Shown here piece by piece: positions 9,411-19,815 of a stretch of DNA of 64,000 nt. The first letter of the stretch is position 1. Each line of letters begins with the position of its first letter. The position numbers were made by a program, and so were the translations under genes. Location: positions 62,001 to 126,000 of the IMG/VR virus record IMGVR_UViG_3300025309_000006; one strand, given 5' to 3'. Under the pieces are notes generated by a model. The model saw only the letters and a program-made list of their open reading frames with translations. It was not told the DNA's origin and ran no database searches.

Positions 9411-10877
9411 ATGGAAAAACAATACATAAGTGATCTAATTACAAGTGAAAACATTGACAATTGGACTTCAGACAAAATTGTATTTATAGAAGGGCCAACT
9501 GGAAGAGGTAAGAGTCATTTCATAAAACATACTTTATCAGATCATAATCCATTTAAGAAAATATTAATACTAGTCAATAGAACAATAATTAAGAAACAAT
9601 CCAAGAAAGAATTATTAAGAGTAGATATTGATAATATTACAATAATTACTTACCAACACCTAGCAACTCTAATATTAGAGAAAAAGACAGCAGAATTTGA
9701 AGGTTATAATTACATAATCTGTGATGAAGCACATCATTTTTGTGAAGAAAGTGAATTCATTTTTAATACTGATGTTTCATTTAATTGGGTTATGAGACAA
9801 TCAGGTATTAAAATATTTATGACTGCTACTGCATATTTTATTAAAAATTATTTAACCAAAGAATTAAAATTAGAAATAGATCATTATCATATCAAAAATG
9901 AATATGAGTTTATAGAAAAACTATACTTCTTTGAGAATGATGATGTAATTAAGAAATTGTTGTTTGACTTACCATCTGATGAAAAAGCAATATATTTTAC
10001 TAATGCTAAGAAAGCACATGAAATGAGCGAATTGCTAGAATCATGTGCTTTCTACTGTTCTAAGAATAATTATGATTATTCGAGATATGTAAATTCTGAA
10101 GTAGTTGCTTATATTGAAGAAAATGAGAAATTTGAAGAACAAGTTCTTTGCACAACTAAAGTTATGGATACAGGGGTTAATATTAAGGATGATTTTATTA
10201 GGCATATAATAGTAGATATTGCGGATTTATCAAGCATAATTCAATGCATTGGAAGAAAAAGAATCAAAGGTAGTGAGAAAATAATAGTTTATATAAAAGA
10301 TAAGAAAGGCAATTCTATTTCAAGAAAATTAGAAAACATTAAAGATAAATTAAGTTATGCAAATATTTTACGGGAAAAAGGTGACATCGCATTAGTACAA
10401 GAAAATGCTCATAAAAATACTTATGGGAATTTAATTTATGATATTATTAATAAGGATGAGTTGAGAATAGATAAGAAATTAAATGAGTTGATGTATTATA
10501 CATATAATCAAAATAAAATAATGTATGAAGGAATATTATTAGATAAGGAAAATGGTTTTAAGAATAAATTGTTTGAGAGGATGGGTATAGAAGATATGGC
10601 TTATACTTATCTAGAGGCAGAATTAGACGCATTAAAATTAGAACATATTTTGGACAGATTAGTTGGCGTTAAAATGTTTAAAGATGAACAGAAAGAATTT
10701 AAACAAATGCTACTAAAGGAATTATTGAATACACCAAAAGCAAATCACGGATCTATAGGATTAAAAACAATTAATTCTCTATTTGATGAAAATAAATTAA
10801 ATTTTCTAATGAATAGTAAAACTGAAAGAGCAGGAGAATTAAGAGGTAAAGCATATTGGGTAATATCTAAACTATAA
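9411..10877 (+). CDS. SF2 (DEAD/DEAH-like) helicase, origin-binding/replication type
   Basis: Walker A GPTGRGKS, DEAH, MTAT, MDTGVNI, QCIGRKR. Confidence 0.85.
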   Translation: MEKQYISDLITSENIDNWTSDKIVFIEGPTGRGKSHFIKHTLSDHNPFKKILILVNRTIIKKQSKKELLRVDIDNITIITYQHLATLILEKKTAEFEGYNYIICDEAHHFCEESEFIFNTDVSFNWVMRQSGIKIFMTATAYFIKNYLTKELKLEIDHYHIKNEYEFIEKLYFFENDDVIKKLLFDLPSDEKAIYFTNAKKAHEMSELLESCAFYCSKNNYDYSRYVNSEVVAYIEENEKFEEQVLCTTKVMDTGVNIKDDFIRHIIVDIADLSSIIQCIGRKRIKGSEKIIVYIKDKKGNSISRKLENIKDKLSYANILREKGDIALVQENAHKNTYGNLIYDIINKDELRIDKKLNELMYYTYNQNKIMYEGILLDKENGFKNKLFERMGIEDMAYTYLEAELDALKLEHILDRLVGVKMFKDEQKEFKQMLLKELLNTPKANHGSIGLKTINSLFDENKLNFLMNSKTERAGELRGKAYWVISKL

Positions 10878-10883
10878 TATAAT

Positions 10884-10947
10884 TTATTGGTATGTTTTTT
10901 ACCAAATCATATATAATATATCTTTTGGTAATTTTCATACCAATAAT
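10884..10947 (+). repeat. Imperfect inverted repeat immediately after the helicase gene
   Basis: TTATTGGTATG-TTTTTACCAAA ... TTTGGTAATTTT-CATACCAATAA. Confidence 0.65.
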
Positions 10948-11096
10948 AACAAATAAAATAATAATTAATAAATCATATCCATGAAGTAATTTTGGGACAC
11001 CAAAATTGCGTAATGTTCCGTAGGACAAATATCAAATCAATAAAAACAACAAATAACCCAACGAAGCAAGGTCTTGTATTGCTATGTCGAAATACG

Positions 11097-11133
11097 CTTC
11101 TAGCCATTTCGCTAACGCTCAATGACTAGGATT
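11097..11133 (+). repeat. 37-bp hairpin repeat, copy 1 (sso-like)
   Basis: CTTCTAGCCATTTCGCTAACGCTCAATGACTAGGATT; one mismatch to 42457-42493. Confidence 0.85.
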
Positions 11134-11316
11134 TATTATTTGCTTAAATGATTTGTTAAATTTAATCCACTCATCACAAATTCTTAATAATAAATAAATA
11201 AAATTATTGTCGAAACAAATCACAATAAAAATCTAGCAATTTCCTCCTTTTTACTATATACTTAACACAACAAACAAATCCAAATAATCAAATTATAGTA
11301 AATGGAGGAAAGAAAT

Positions 11317-12933
11317 ATGAAAAGAAAACTATTCCCTAAAAAACTATTAACCACAATTTCCACAATCACATTATCCATTGCTCTATTATTCACATCCTCA
11401 TCTGTATTACCAACATTAGGTGCAACAAACACAAATCCAACAATTAATAGGCTCAGTGGTAATGACCGTTACGACACATCATCTCAAATTGCCAAGCAAG
11501 GGTGGTCTAATGGCTCAGATTCTTGTATTCTTGTCTATGGAGGTAATTATCCTGATGCACTCTCAGCAACACCTTTAGCAAAAAAACTTAATGCTCCAAT
11601 ATTGCTTACGGAAAACACATCGCTTACTCCAATAACAAAGCAGACAATAGTTGATCTGAATGTTAAAAACGTCACAATTATCGGTGGTACAGGTGTATTA
11701 TCATCTGCAATTGATACAGAATTGCAATCAATGAATATTAATGTAACTAGAATTTTTGGTCAAACTCAGTATGATACAGCTATAGAAATTGCTAAACAAT
11801 TCCCTTCTCCAAATGAACTAATAGTCTGCACTGGAGAAGAATTCTCTGACTCACTTTCAATTTCTCCTGTAGCATCAATTAAGCAAATACCGATTATATT
11901 GGTTCCTTCTGATAACATGCCAAGTTCAGTAAAAAATTATATTAATACAAATTCAGCAAATATTACGAAATCCTATATAATTGGAAATACAGACATAATT
12001 AATGATAATGTTGCCAATCAATTTCCAAATGTTGAAAAAATATCAGGTGCAACAAAATATGATAGAAATATAGCCATAAATCAAAAATTCAATAATCAAT
12101 TTAATTCAAATAATATTTGTCTTGCCACTGGTGAGCAATTTCCAGACGCTCTAAGTGGAAGTTCTTATGCATCCAAAATATCTTCTCCAATTATTTTAGT
12201 AAATAATGCTACTCCTAATGGTACGAAAAATTATTATCAGCAAAGATTAACAAATACTGATAATGTAATCGTTTTTGGTGGTACAGCAGTTGTTCCAGAT
12301 AGTGTAATACAAGGATTAGGCAATATAAGTAGTACAGATACGAATGTAAATGTACCTATTACTCCTATTGCACCAATTGCACCAATTGATATTGACAATA
12401 CTAATATTGTTAATAATTCAAATAATACTACTAATTCAAATAACAATAATACTACTACCATAATTAATAATGGATCTTCAAGTATAGATACTTCAACTGG
12501 TTGCATTAAAGGTTCTGTCACTTGGCAGTATAATAAATTTATTGGAACCAAAGCAGATGTCGGAGCAAAAATAGCTTTAATACCAAAAAATCTCAATAAA
12601 AATAGTGATAATCCAGTTTTTTCTTTAACATTATCACAAATACCTCAAGGTCAGAATGGAATTTATACTGCGAAAGCTAATGGATATGGAGAATATGAAA
12701 TTGCTGATGTTCCAGTTGGTAGTTATTATTTGTTAATTTCTTCTGTAAACACGAATAATAATATGACAATATCTTCAATTGATCAACAAATATTAAGCAA
12801 TTTATTGTCTTCAATGGATTGGAAATTTATTCAACCAACTTTAAAAATTCATAAGTATAATCTAATTAAAGTGCAGATAGAGGGTGGAAAAACCTTGACA
12901 GAAAGTTATGACTTTGGAAACACTTATATTTAG
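11317..12933 (+). CDS. Secreted cell-wall-binding repeat 2 (CWB2) surface protein
   Basis: Signal peptide; RLSGNDRYDTS; three CWB2 repeats (DALS/DSLS...PILL/PIIL); Asn-rich linker; C-terminal beta domain. Confidence 0.85.
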   Translation: MKRKLFPKKLLTTISTITLSIALLFTSSSVLPTLGATNTNPTINRLSGNDRYDTSSQIAKQGWSNGSDSCILVYGGNYPDALSATPLAKKLNAPILLTENTSLTPITKQTIVDLNVKNVTIIGGTGVLSSAIDTELQSMNINVTRIFGQTQYDTAIEIAKQFPSPNELIVCTGEEFSDSLSISPVASIKQIPIILVPSDNMPSSVKNYINTNSANITKSYIIGNTDIINDNVANQFPNVEKISGATKYDRNIAINQKFNNQFNSNNICLATGEQFPDALSGSSYASKISSPIILVNNATPNGTKNYYQQRLTNTDNVIVFGGTAVVPDSVIQGLGNISSTDTNVNVPITPIAPIAPIDIDNTNIVNNSNNTTNSNNNNTTTIINNGSSSIDTSTGCIKGSVTWQYNKFIGTKADVGAKIALIPKNLNKNSDNPVFSLTLSQIPQGQNGIYTAKANGYGEYEIADVPVGSYYLLISSVNTNNNMTISSIDQQILSNLLSSMDWKFIQPTLKIHKYNLIKVQIEGGKTLTESYDFGNTYI

Positions 12934-13233
12934 TTTAGAGTAAATTTTTTAAGTCAATTAATTCTTTATTGACCTCTGATTAGTCAGGGGTCTTTTTGAT
13001 ATTTGTTTTTGATTTTAATGTTTTTATTGTCGTTATAAAATCGAATTACAAGCGTGAGGATTGACTGTGTTGAGTCAGAAATTTGTTGATTGTATTATCG
13101 TATGGGTCTAAATGATTTGTTGTGTGTGTTTTGAGAGGATTTGCGGTGATCATGTGATAAAATTATTAAAAGAATAGAGACTCTAAGTTGGATTAGAGTC
13201 TCTATAAGAACAATTATAATTATAGTGTTTATA

Positions 13234-13977
13234 TTATTTATTCATTGATAATTCTATAATTAGCTCATTTTTATACCTAATTTTTTCATTATTGAGTCTA
13301 ATTATTTCCGTAGCATGATCAATTGCATTTGAAAGAACATTATTTAACTTTAACATATTTTCTTTAATATTTAGTCCATTTTTACACTCTGATAAAATCT
13401 TCTTAAATTCTTGTTTAATTTCTAAACTCTCATTTGGTATATATAATTCTGCACAATAATCTAAATCTAATACACTATTATTAGGTTTATTTAATTTACT
13501 AAGATCACAAGTTAAGAGATTTTTTAAAGTTTTAACATCTTGTGAATCTTCTTCAGTGTCTTCTGTTTTTACTTTTATATAATTTAAATAAGGTAAATTT
13601 TCTAAAATATCATTCAAACTTAAATCAAATAATTCTCCACTTTTTCTTCTCTTATTATCAAAGAATTCATGTAATATTTTTTCTGTTTCGTAGTAATTTA
13701 CATGTGGTTGTGATAATAACATTAATTTGCTGTTACTCTCACATTCATCTACAAGACTATAATTTTTAAATGTACTATTTATGTTTTGTATTCTAATTAT
13801 TGGATTTTTCGTACATCCAATTTTTAAGTAATCACCATATGGAACAATATATACATATCCAAAATAGGGAATGTCAGAATATATAGATTTAACATAATTA
13901 AATATACTGTTAATATGATTTCCGATATACCAAGGTTCTCCATTTATTTCGATGACTTTAACTTCTTCGTTTAACAT
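13234..13977 (-). CDS. T5orf172/MUG113-like GIY-YIG protein
   Basis: GYVYIV...KIGCTKNPIIR...EKILHEFF...GELF. Confidence 0.75.
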   Translation of the reverse strand: MLNEEVKVIEINGEPWYIGNHINSIFNYVKSIYSDIPYFGYVYIVPYGDYLKIGCTKNPIIRIQNINSTFKNYSLVDECESNSKLMLLSQPHVNYYETEKILHEFFDNKRRKSGELFDLSLNDILENLPYLNYIKVKTEDTEEDSQDVKTLKNLLTCDLSKLNKPNNSVLDLDYCAELYIPNESLEIKQEFKKILSECKNGLNIKENMLKLNNVLSNAIDHATEIIRLNNEKIRYKNELIIELSMNK

Positions 13978-14157
13978 TTGGTTACTACCTCTTTCTTTTT
14001 TAATTACTTTTATAATCTTTACACCCTTATGTATTGATTACCCAAGGCCCATCTCTGATAATAATATCACTTACTTTCTTTATTATATTTTCTATTTGAA
14101 CCTCCTTTATCATTATACATGGATAAGTTTGATTTGTAAAGTATAAAATAAAATTAA

Positions 14158-14187
14158 TTGACAATGTTTATATGAGTATGATATAAT
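14158..14187 (+). promoter_or_regulatory. SigA-type promoter
   Basis: TTGACA-N18-TATAAT with extended TGn. Confidence 0.6.
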
Positions 14188-14303
14188 TTATCCATAAAGT
14201 TGATTCAAGTCTCTTCTATCCATTAATACATATACATATGCTTTATATTTTGTTAAGGCATGTGAGTTTGTGAATATGGTATAATAAATGGGAGAAGGGA
14301 TTG

Positions 14304-14513
14304 ATGGTTGTGGATAAAGTAGTTAAAAATAGATTAGGAGAAATATTGGGAGAAAGAGGAATATCTCAAACTTGGGTATCTAAAAAGACAGAAGTTACAA
14401 GACAAACAATATCTAATTTAATTAATCATAGATTTTGTCCAAGTTTAGAATTAGCTTTTAAAATATGTGATGCTTTAGGTTTAGAATTAACTGACGTATT
14501 TTATTACGAATAA
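14304..14513 (+). CDS. XRE-family HTH regulator
   Basis: NRLGEIL.ERGISQ...VTRQTISNL...PSLELAFKI. Confidence 0.85.
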   Translation: MVVDKVVKNRLGEILGERGISQTWVSKKTEVTRQTISNLINHRFCPSLELAFKICDALGLELTDVFYYE

Positions 14514-14631
14514 TATTAGTTAAAATATTTTCATATATTGTATTGACATAGTATACATTCTCGTAGTATACTCTATTTGTAGGGAATAAAAACAAGTCCC
14601 TAACATTATTAGAGTAAAGGGGATAAGATTT

Positions 14632-15267
14632 ATGAAAAATACTAAACAAACTTCTAAATCCAAACTATCCTTCAATGACACAATGGAATTAAATATTCTC
14701 GAAACCTTAGAAGTTAGAACATCTCATTTATGTAATGAACTAAGACTCAATACAGACATCCACATTTCTTGGGCAGATTTATGTAAAATTATTTCTCCTT
14801 CTAATCCAATTAAAATTGCTGATAAAATTCATGCTTATTATAATGGTTTAGAAATTATGAATGATGAAGTTTATCATAAGATTTATGACTCCATTTATGA
14901 CATTGGTAAGAATGATGATAAATTCTATCATTGTGATGTTTTATGGATTAGTAGTATTTCTCAGATTATCTATGAGAATTTTAAGGATCAATGGGAAGTT
15001 GTAGTAAAAATTATGAAAGAAATACATAGTATGTATGGGAGTTTTGATTTAGACTTTATATTTAGCGAAGCAATTCTAACTATGAGAGAAAGATGTTTAA
15101 TTGGTGATGAATTGTTTACTTGTGTTTATGAGTATAAAAAGTGCAATGGATGTGTTGAGAAAGAGATTGATAAAAGTTATGAGGATTATTATGAATATGA
15201 AGAGGAAAATTATAGGTGTGATTATGGTGGTGATGATTTAGAATTGGGAAATAGGATTTTGCATTAG
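14632..15267 (+). CDS. Hypothetical protein
   Basis: RBS AAGGGG; upstream TTGACA-N18-TATACT. Confidence 0.6.
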   Translation: MKNTKQTSKSKLSFNDTMELNILETLEVRTSHLCNELRLNTDIHISWADLCKIISPSNPIKIADKIHAYYNGLEIMNDEVYHKIYDSIYDIGKNDDKFYHCDVLWISSISQIIYENFKDQWEVVVKIMKEIHSMYGSFDLDFIFSEAILTMRERCLIGDELFTCVYEYKKCNGCVEKEIDKSYEDYYEYEEENYRCDYGGDDLELGNRILH

Positions 15268-15298
15268 TAAGATTGTGATTATTGTGGTTTGATTGTTT

Positions 15299-15402
15299 TA
15301 CAGAGGATAAAAGTTGAGAGTAATTAACTCAATGGGCAAACTCCACCCTCCTCTGTATTTATATATTTTTATGGTTTAGGTGGAGTAAATAAAAATTGGA
15401 GG
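15299..15402 (+). promoter_or_regulatory. Structured leader RNA, copy B
   Basis: P1 TACAGAGGA/TCCTCTGTA; P2 TTGAG-AGTAATTAA-CTCAA; P3 loop ACTCCA complements GTGGAGT (15380-86) and TGGAG at the RBS. Confidence 0.65.
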
Positions 15403-15413
15403 ATGAAAGAGAT

Positions 15414-16562
15414 ATGAGTAAGAAATATACATATGAAGAAGTTAAGAAATTTGTTAATGATTTAGGATATGAATTAATTGGTGAATACAGAAATAGTCAT
15501 GAAAAAATAATCTTAAAAGATGTATTTGGTTATTATTATTCAATTAATTTAAATAATCTAAAAAACAATAAAATTCCTAGTAAATTCGGAATTGATAATC
15601 CGTATATAATTATAAATTTAAAATTGCTGTTAATTTTAAATTTTAATGAATTTTATTTAGTTGAAGATAATGATTATTCTGGAGTTAAAAGCAAAATAAT
15701 TTTAAAAGACAAATTTGGTTACTTTTATAGTGTTTCAGTGGATAGTTTACAACAAAATAAATATCCATTAAGATTCCACCCATCAAATCCTTTTAGTATT
15801 CAGAATATCAAATTATGGCTTAATTTAAATAATAAATCATTTAAATTAGTAAGTGCTCAGTATAAAGGAAATGATAAGCTTTTGATTTTTATAGATAAAA
15901 ATAGGTATTACTATAATTGTCGTTTTGCAGACATGCAAAGAGGCAAGGTTCCAGACAGATTTAATAAAAGCAATGTATTTACGATAGACAATATAAAACT
16001 TTGGTGTAAATTAACAAATAAAGATTTTGAATTATTAAGCAATAAATTTTTAGGGAGTGGCGATTATTTAAAATGGAAATGTTTAAAATGCAATGATGAA
16101 TTTGATAAAATTTGGGAAAATATTAAAGAAAATAGAGGTTGTCCAGCATGCAACAAATCTAAAGGGGAAAAGGAATGTAAAAGGGTTTTTCTTTCTAAGG
16201 GTTTTATTGAAATTACTCAAGAAGATTATAATAAACTATTAGATATTGATAAAAATCTTAATATATATATTATCTGTCAGAAAACTTTTGAAGGTTTATT
16301 AGGGATTAGAAATGGTTTATTATCATATGATTTCTTTATACCTAAATATAACTTGCTTATTGAATACCAAGGAGAATTTCATGATGGTAATGGAAATTAT
16401 TATATGAAGAAAAATCTTAAGAAGCAAAAAGAACATGACAGACGTAAGAGAGAATATAGTGAAAATAATAACATTAACTTATCAGAAATTTGGTATTGGG
16501 ATTATGATAATATAGAAAATATTTTAGATAAGATTTTAGACAAAGAAGAGTTTGCGGGTTAG
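15414..16562 (+). CDS. Free-standing endonuclease (repeated DNA-binding modules, Zn ribbon, DUF559/PD-(D/E)XK-like domain)
   Basis: Three ~75-aa repeats (L.D..GYYY...NP...NIKL); CLKC...CPAC; SKGE...YDF...IEYQGEFH...D..K...IWYWD. Confidence 0.75.
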   Translation: MSKKYTYEEVKKFVNDLGYELIGEYRNSHEKIILKDVFGYYYSINLNNLKNNKIPSKFGIDNPYIIINLKLLLILNFNEFYLVEDNDYSGVKSKIILKDKFGYFYSVSVDSLQQNKYPLRFHPSNPFSIQNIKLWLNLNNKSFKLVSAQYKGNDKLLIFIDKNRYYYNCRFADMQRGKVPDRFNKSNVFTIDNIKLWCKLTNKDFELLSNKFLGSGDYLKWKCLKCNDEFDKIWENIKENRGCPACNKSKGEKECKRVFLSKGFIEITQEDYNKLLDIDKNLNIYIICQKTFEGLLGIRNGLLSYDFFIPKYNLLIEYQGEFHDGNGNYYMKKNLKKQKEHDRRKREYSENNNINLSEIWYWDYDNIENILDKILDKEEFAG

Positions 16563-16793
16563 ATAAAAATCAATTCTATAAATCAAGAGATGATATTATC
16601 TTTATAGATTTATATCCTGATGACTTAAAGAATAATTGTGAAGGAGTGAAAGATAAATTAAGTAAAGTGTTGTCAGAATTAGAAGAGAAGCATAGTTTTT
16701 AATACAATTTCAAGTTTTTGTTGTATATGACCTCCTATTATCATATAATGAATATAACTTTAATAATTTAATAATAGGAGGTCAAAAAACAAT

Positions 16794-17285
16794 ATGAAAA
16801 AACAAATTACTATTTTATTAATCATTACAATGCTAACTATAGGACTAAGTGGTTGCTCAAATAACAAACAAGTTTCTTTTTCTTCTATAAATCTCAAACA
16901 AGAATTTATTAAAGAATTTACTTCATCGTTTACTGGTAGTGCAAACGATATCACAAAGTTTTCAGCAAACTTATATAATCAAGCAATGGCAGATAAGATT
17001 CCTGATAGAGAAACGTTTGAGTATAAGTACGACAATTTTTCTAAAATAAAAGCATCAAATGATAATGAAATAGATTTTAAACTTTATATCAATAGTTTTG
17101 CGAGAAATTATAAAGTATTGTCAGCAAATGAATTTACTTTAAAAAATGCAAAAACATTACTAGATGATGGCGTATTAAGTAAAGATGATTATAATCAAGA
17201 CATAGAAAAATCTAAAGTAGTTAAGGATAAATATCTACAGGAAATTAAGTCAGATATAGAAAGTATCTTAAAATATTACGAATAA
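16794..17285 (+). CDS. Lipoprotein (moron; possible superinfection exclusion)
   Basis: MKKQ + hydrophobic stretch + LSGC lipobox; RBS AGGAGG. Confidence 0.7.
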   Translation: MKKQITILLIITMLTIGLSGCSNNKQVSFSSINLKQEFIKEFTSSFTGSANDITKFSANLYNQAMADKIPDRETFEYKYDNFSKIKASNDNEIDFKLYINSFARNYKVLSANEFTLKNAKTLLDDGVLSKDDYNQDIEKSKVVKDKYLQEIKSDIESILKYYE

Positions 17286-17303
17286 TAAGAAGGATGTGTA
17301 ATT

Positions 17304-17858
17304 ATGCAAGAAGCAAGTGTATTAACAATCGAAACTATTAGAGAAAACAATTACGATATTGAGGTATTGGATTTAACTATTAAAAATTATCTATCTCTAA
17401 CAGAGAAAAAGATATTAATTGAAAAAATATTAGATATTTGTATTATTGAAGGAGATATTAAGAAAATTGATTTTACTTTAAAAGAATTTGCATATGAGTA
17501 TATGTTAGTAAATTTATATGTTGGAATTAATATTGGAACAGAAGATATTGTTGAGATTTATGATGAACTTAAAGAGAAAGGTATAATTAATAAAATTATA
17601 ATCAATATCCCAGAATCAGAAATTAGATTCATTGATAATGTTTTACAAAAAGAAATTGAGCAAATTCAATTAGTAGATAATAGTTTGGCTAGTGCGGTTA
17701 GTAAGCAATTGAGTAAACTTGTAGAAAAACTTCCTGATAGCAATGAAATAAATAAAATGATTCCTAAATTAAGTAAGCAGATAAATAAAATATCTCCTGA
17801 TTCATTTAAATTTCTAACTGATGCTATAGGTTGGAGTAAAGGGAATAAAGATGCCTGA
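17304..17858 (+). CDS. Putative tail assembly chaperone
   Basis: IKNYLSL.EK...IYDELKEKGII pattern; upstream of the tape measure gene. Confidence 0.5.
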   Translation: MQEASVLTIETIRENNYDIEVLDLTIKNYLSLTEKKILIEKILDICIIEGDIKKIDFTLKEFAYEYMLVNLYVGINIGTEDIVEIYDELKEKGIINKIIINIPESEIRFIDNVLQKEIEQIQLVDNSLASAVSKQLSKLVEKLPDSNEINKMIPKLSKQINKISPDSFKFLTDAIGWSKGNKDA

Positions 17859-18333
17859 CTTTAAAGATTTAAATTCTTTGTTTTCTCATATTAAAAAGAA
17901 TGTTGCAAATGCTATGCAAGATGATATGGCAAGAAGTGTAAGAGATACTGTTCAAAAGTATCTCTTATCTACTGTTTATGCGAATGAGCACACAATGTAC
18001 ATTAGATCATTTGAAGTTTTGCGAGCCTTGACTATAGGAAAGGTTTCTGTAATTGGTGATGAAATATCAGTTAAAATTTATATAGACGCTGATAAAATCA
18101 TACCTAGAGATGGCCCAGAAGGTATGTGGGGTATTCATCAATCGTTTGATGGAAGTCCATATAATGAACAACTACCATTTACATTAGAATATGGTAATCA
18201 AAAATTCAATCCTTATTATAATACTCCAGCTTTTGAGTATATGAAATTAACAGTAGAAGAAATGAAGCAAACAAAAGAGCATATGATTAGATTAAAGGGA
18301 TATTTAAGAACAAAAGGAATAAAAACACATTAA
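17851..18333 (+). CDS. Putative tail completion protein (HK97 gp10-like)
   Basis: MPDFKDL...VY...YIRS...LEYG...YMKLT pattern; adjacent to the tape measure gene. Confidence 0.5.
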   Translation: MPDFKDLNSLFSHIKKNVANAMQDDMARSVRDTVQKYLLSTVYANEHTMYIRSFEVLRALTIGKVSVIGDEISVKIYIDADKIIPRDGPEGMWGIHQSFDGSPYNEQLPFTLEYGNQKFNPYYNTPAFEYMKLTVEEMKQTKEHMIRLKGYLRTKGIKTH

Positions 18334-18411
18334 TTATATGAATCTAAACTCCCTACTCTTTGAAGGTAGGGTATTTTCATGCCCTAAATTATAAAAGAGA
18401 GGTGGATTAAT

Positions 18412-19496
18412 TTGGATGACTTAAATATATTAATCAAAGCGAAACTTTCATCAACAAAAAAAGAAATTGAAGATCAAATAGTTTCACTAAACGCAAAAAT
18501 TACAAAAGCTATTTCTGTAAAATTAAAAATTGATGCTTCTGGATTAAATAGCGTTACTACTGCAATTAATAAAGTAAAACAAACAGCACAACAAGCCAGT
18601 AATCAAAAAATTGATGTATTTAATAGAAAACAACTAGAAGCTGACGGAAGACAATTTTTTATGTCTTCTTCCAATATAGTTGAAAGAGTTAAAAAAGAGT
18701 TTAAATCTCTTGGAACAGTTGATGTGAATTTTTTAAAGAATTCTCAAAAAGATATAATTGGTTTTACAGCAAATGTAACAAAGGCAAATGGAGTTGTTGA
18801 GAAACTAAAATTCGATATAGCAAGAATACAATCTGGAAATAGCGTACAAAGAGGTTATGTTTTTAGTGGTGCAAATTTAATTGATAATAATGCCGGATCA
18901 AATATACAATCTGCATTGAACAAACTTCAAGTTTATGAAAACAAAATTGCAAAATTAAGAGTTGGATTTACCTCTCCCGCAACTGGTATAAAAGATGCAG
19001 AAAATCTGTCTGCATTAACTGCTCAATATAATAGGATTAAGTCAACCATTGACCAAGTAAGAGCAAGCAATACGAGTTTATCTAACGAACAAAGAAGAGG
19101 AATAATCCAAAATATTAGCAACTTAGAATTGCAAATATCAAGATATAGAGATTTACAACGTGTCATGGCAACAACAAATACTAGAACTTTAAGTGCTAAT
19201 GATATTTCATTATATCAAGGGAATATGGCAAATAGATTAGCTAGTTTACAAGTTGGTAAAGAAACTATTTTTGCACGACCAGAAATCCAAGCACAAGTAG
19301 CAAGATTAACAGCAGATGTGGCTAGATTTGGTACAGTTGGTGGAAGGTCGGTTAGAGAGTTAAATTTACAATTTGCTCAATTAACAACGTCTGTAAGAAG
19401 TGCTACAGCAGAAATTACAAGGATAAATGGTGCTGCCGATAGTTTTTTGACAACGCTTACAAAAAATTTCGGTAAGATGCTTGCGTGGGGTTTGGT
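18412..19496 (+). CDS. Tail tape measure protein, exon 1
   Basis: RBS AGAGGTGG with TTG start; helical TMP N-terminus ending KMLAWGL-V; joins exon 2 in frame after intron removal. Confidence 0.8.
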
Positions 19497-19815
19497 GGAA
19501 ATTAAACTGCCGTTTGTAGTGAAAGTGATAATGTAACTACAAATCATGAGAGGGGAAATTCGAAAGAGGGTCATTGACCTAGTATCGAGAGGGCTTGTAT
19601 CACAAGTCTTTGTAACGCATAGGGATTGAGCAATATGATAGCAAAAATATCCCCAAGAGTCTCCTCCTTCTTATCACCTTTGTTTTATAAAAACAATGCG
19701 AAGAAAATATATGCTAAACTGGTCTGAATCGACAGACGTATCGTTTTGAAAATATAAACGTATGAAGGCAACTTCCAGAACATAGGGATAAAAAGCCTTA
19801 TGGATAATAACATTG
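19497..19815 (+). ncRNA. Group I intron (IA-like, ORF-less, 319 nt) in the tape measure gene
   Basis: Exon ends in U19496 paired U.G in P1 (UGGU|GG...CUGCCG); terminal G19815; P2, P3, P4 (UUCGA/UCGAG), P5, P6, P7 (A-c-GCAUA/UAUGCU), P7.1, P8 and P9 helices readable; splicing restores WGLVATAMYAPLR. Confidence 0.85.

Noticed and set aside
12400-12475. AAT/ACT-rich tandem-like repeat
   Set aside because: It simply encodes the Asn/Thr linker of the CWB2 protein.
16556-16702. Open frame after the 15414 endonuclease as the 3' half of an interrupted gene
   Set aside because: No start codon and no matching 5' half could be identified upstream.
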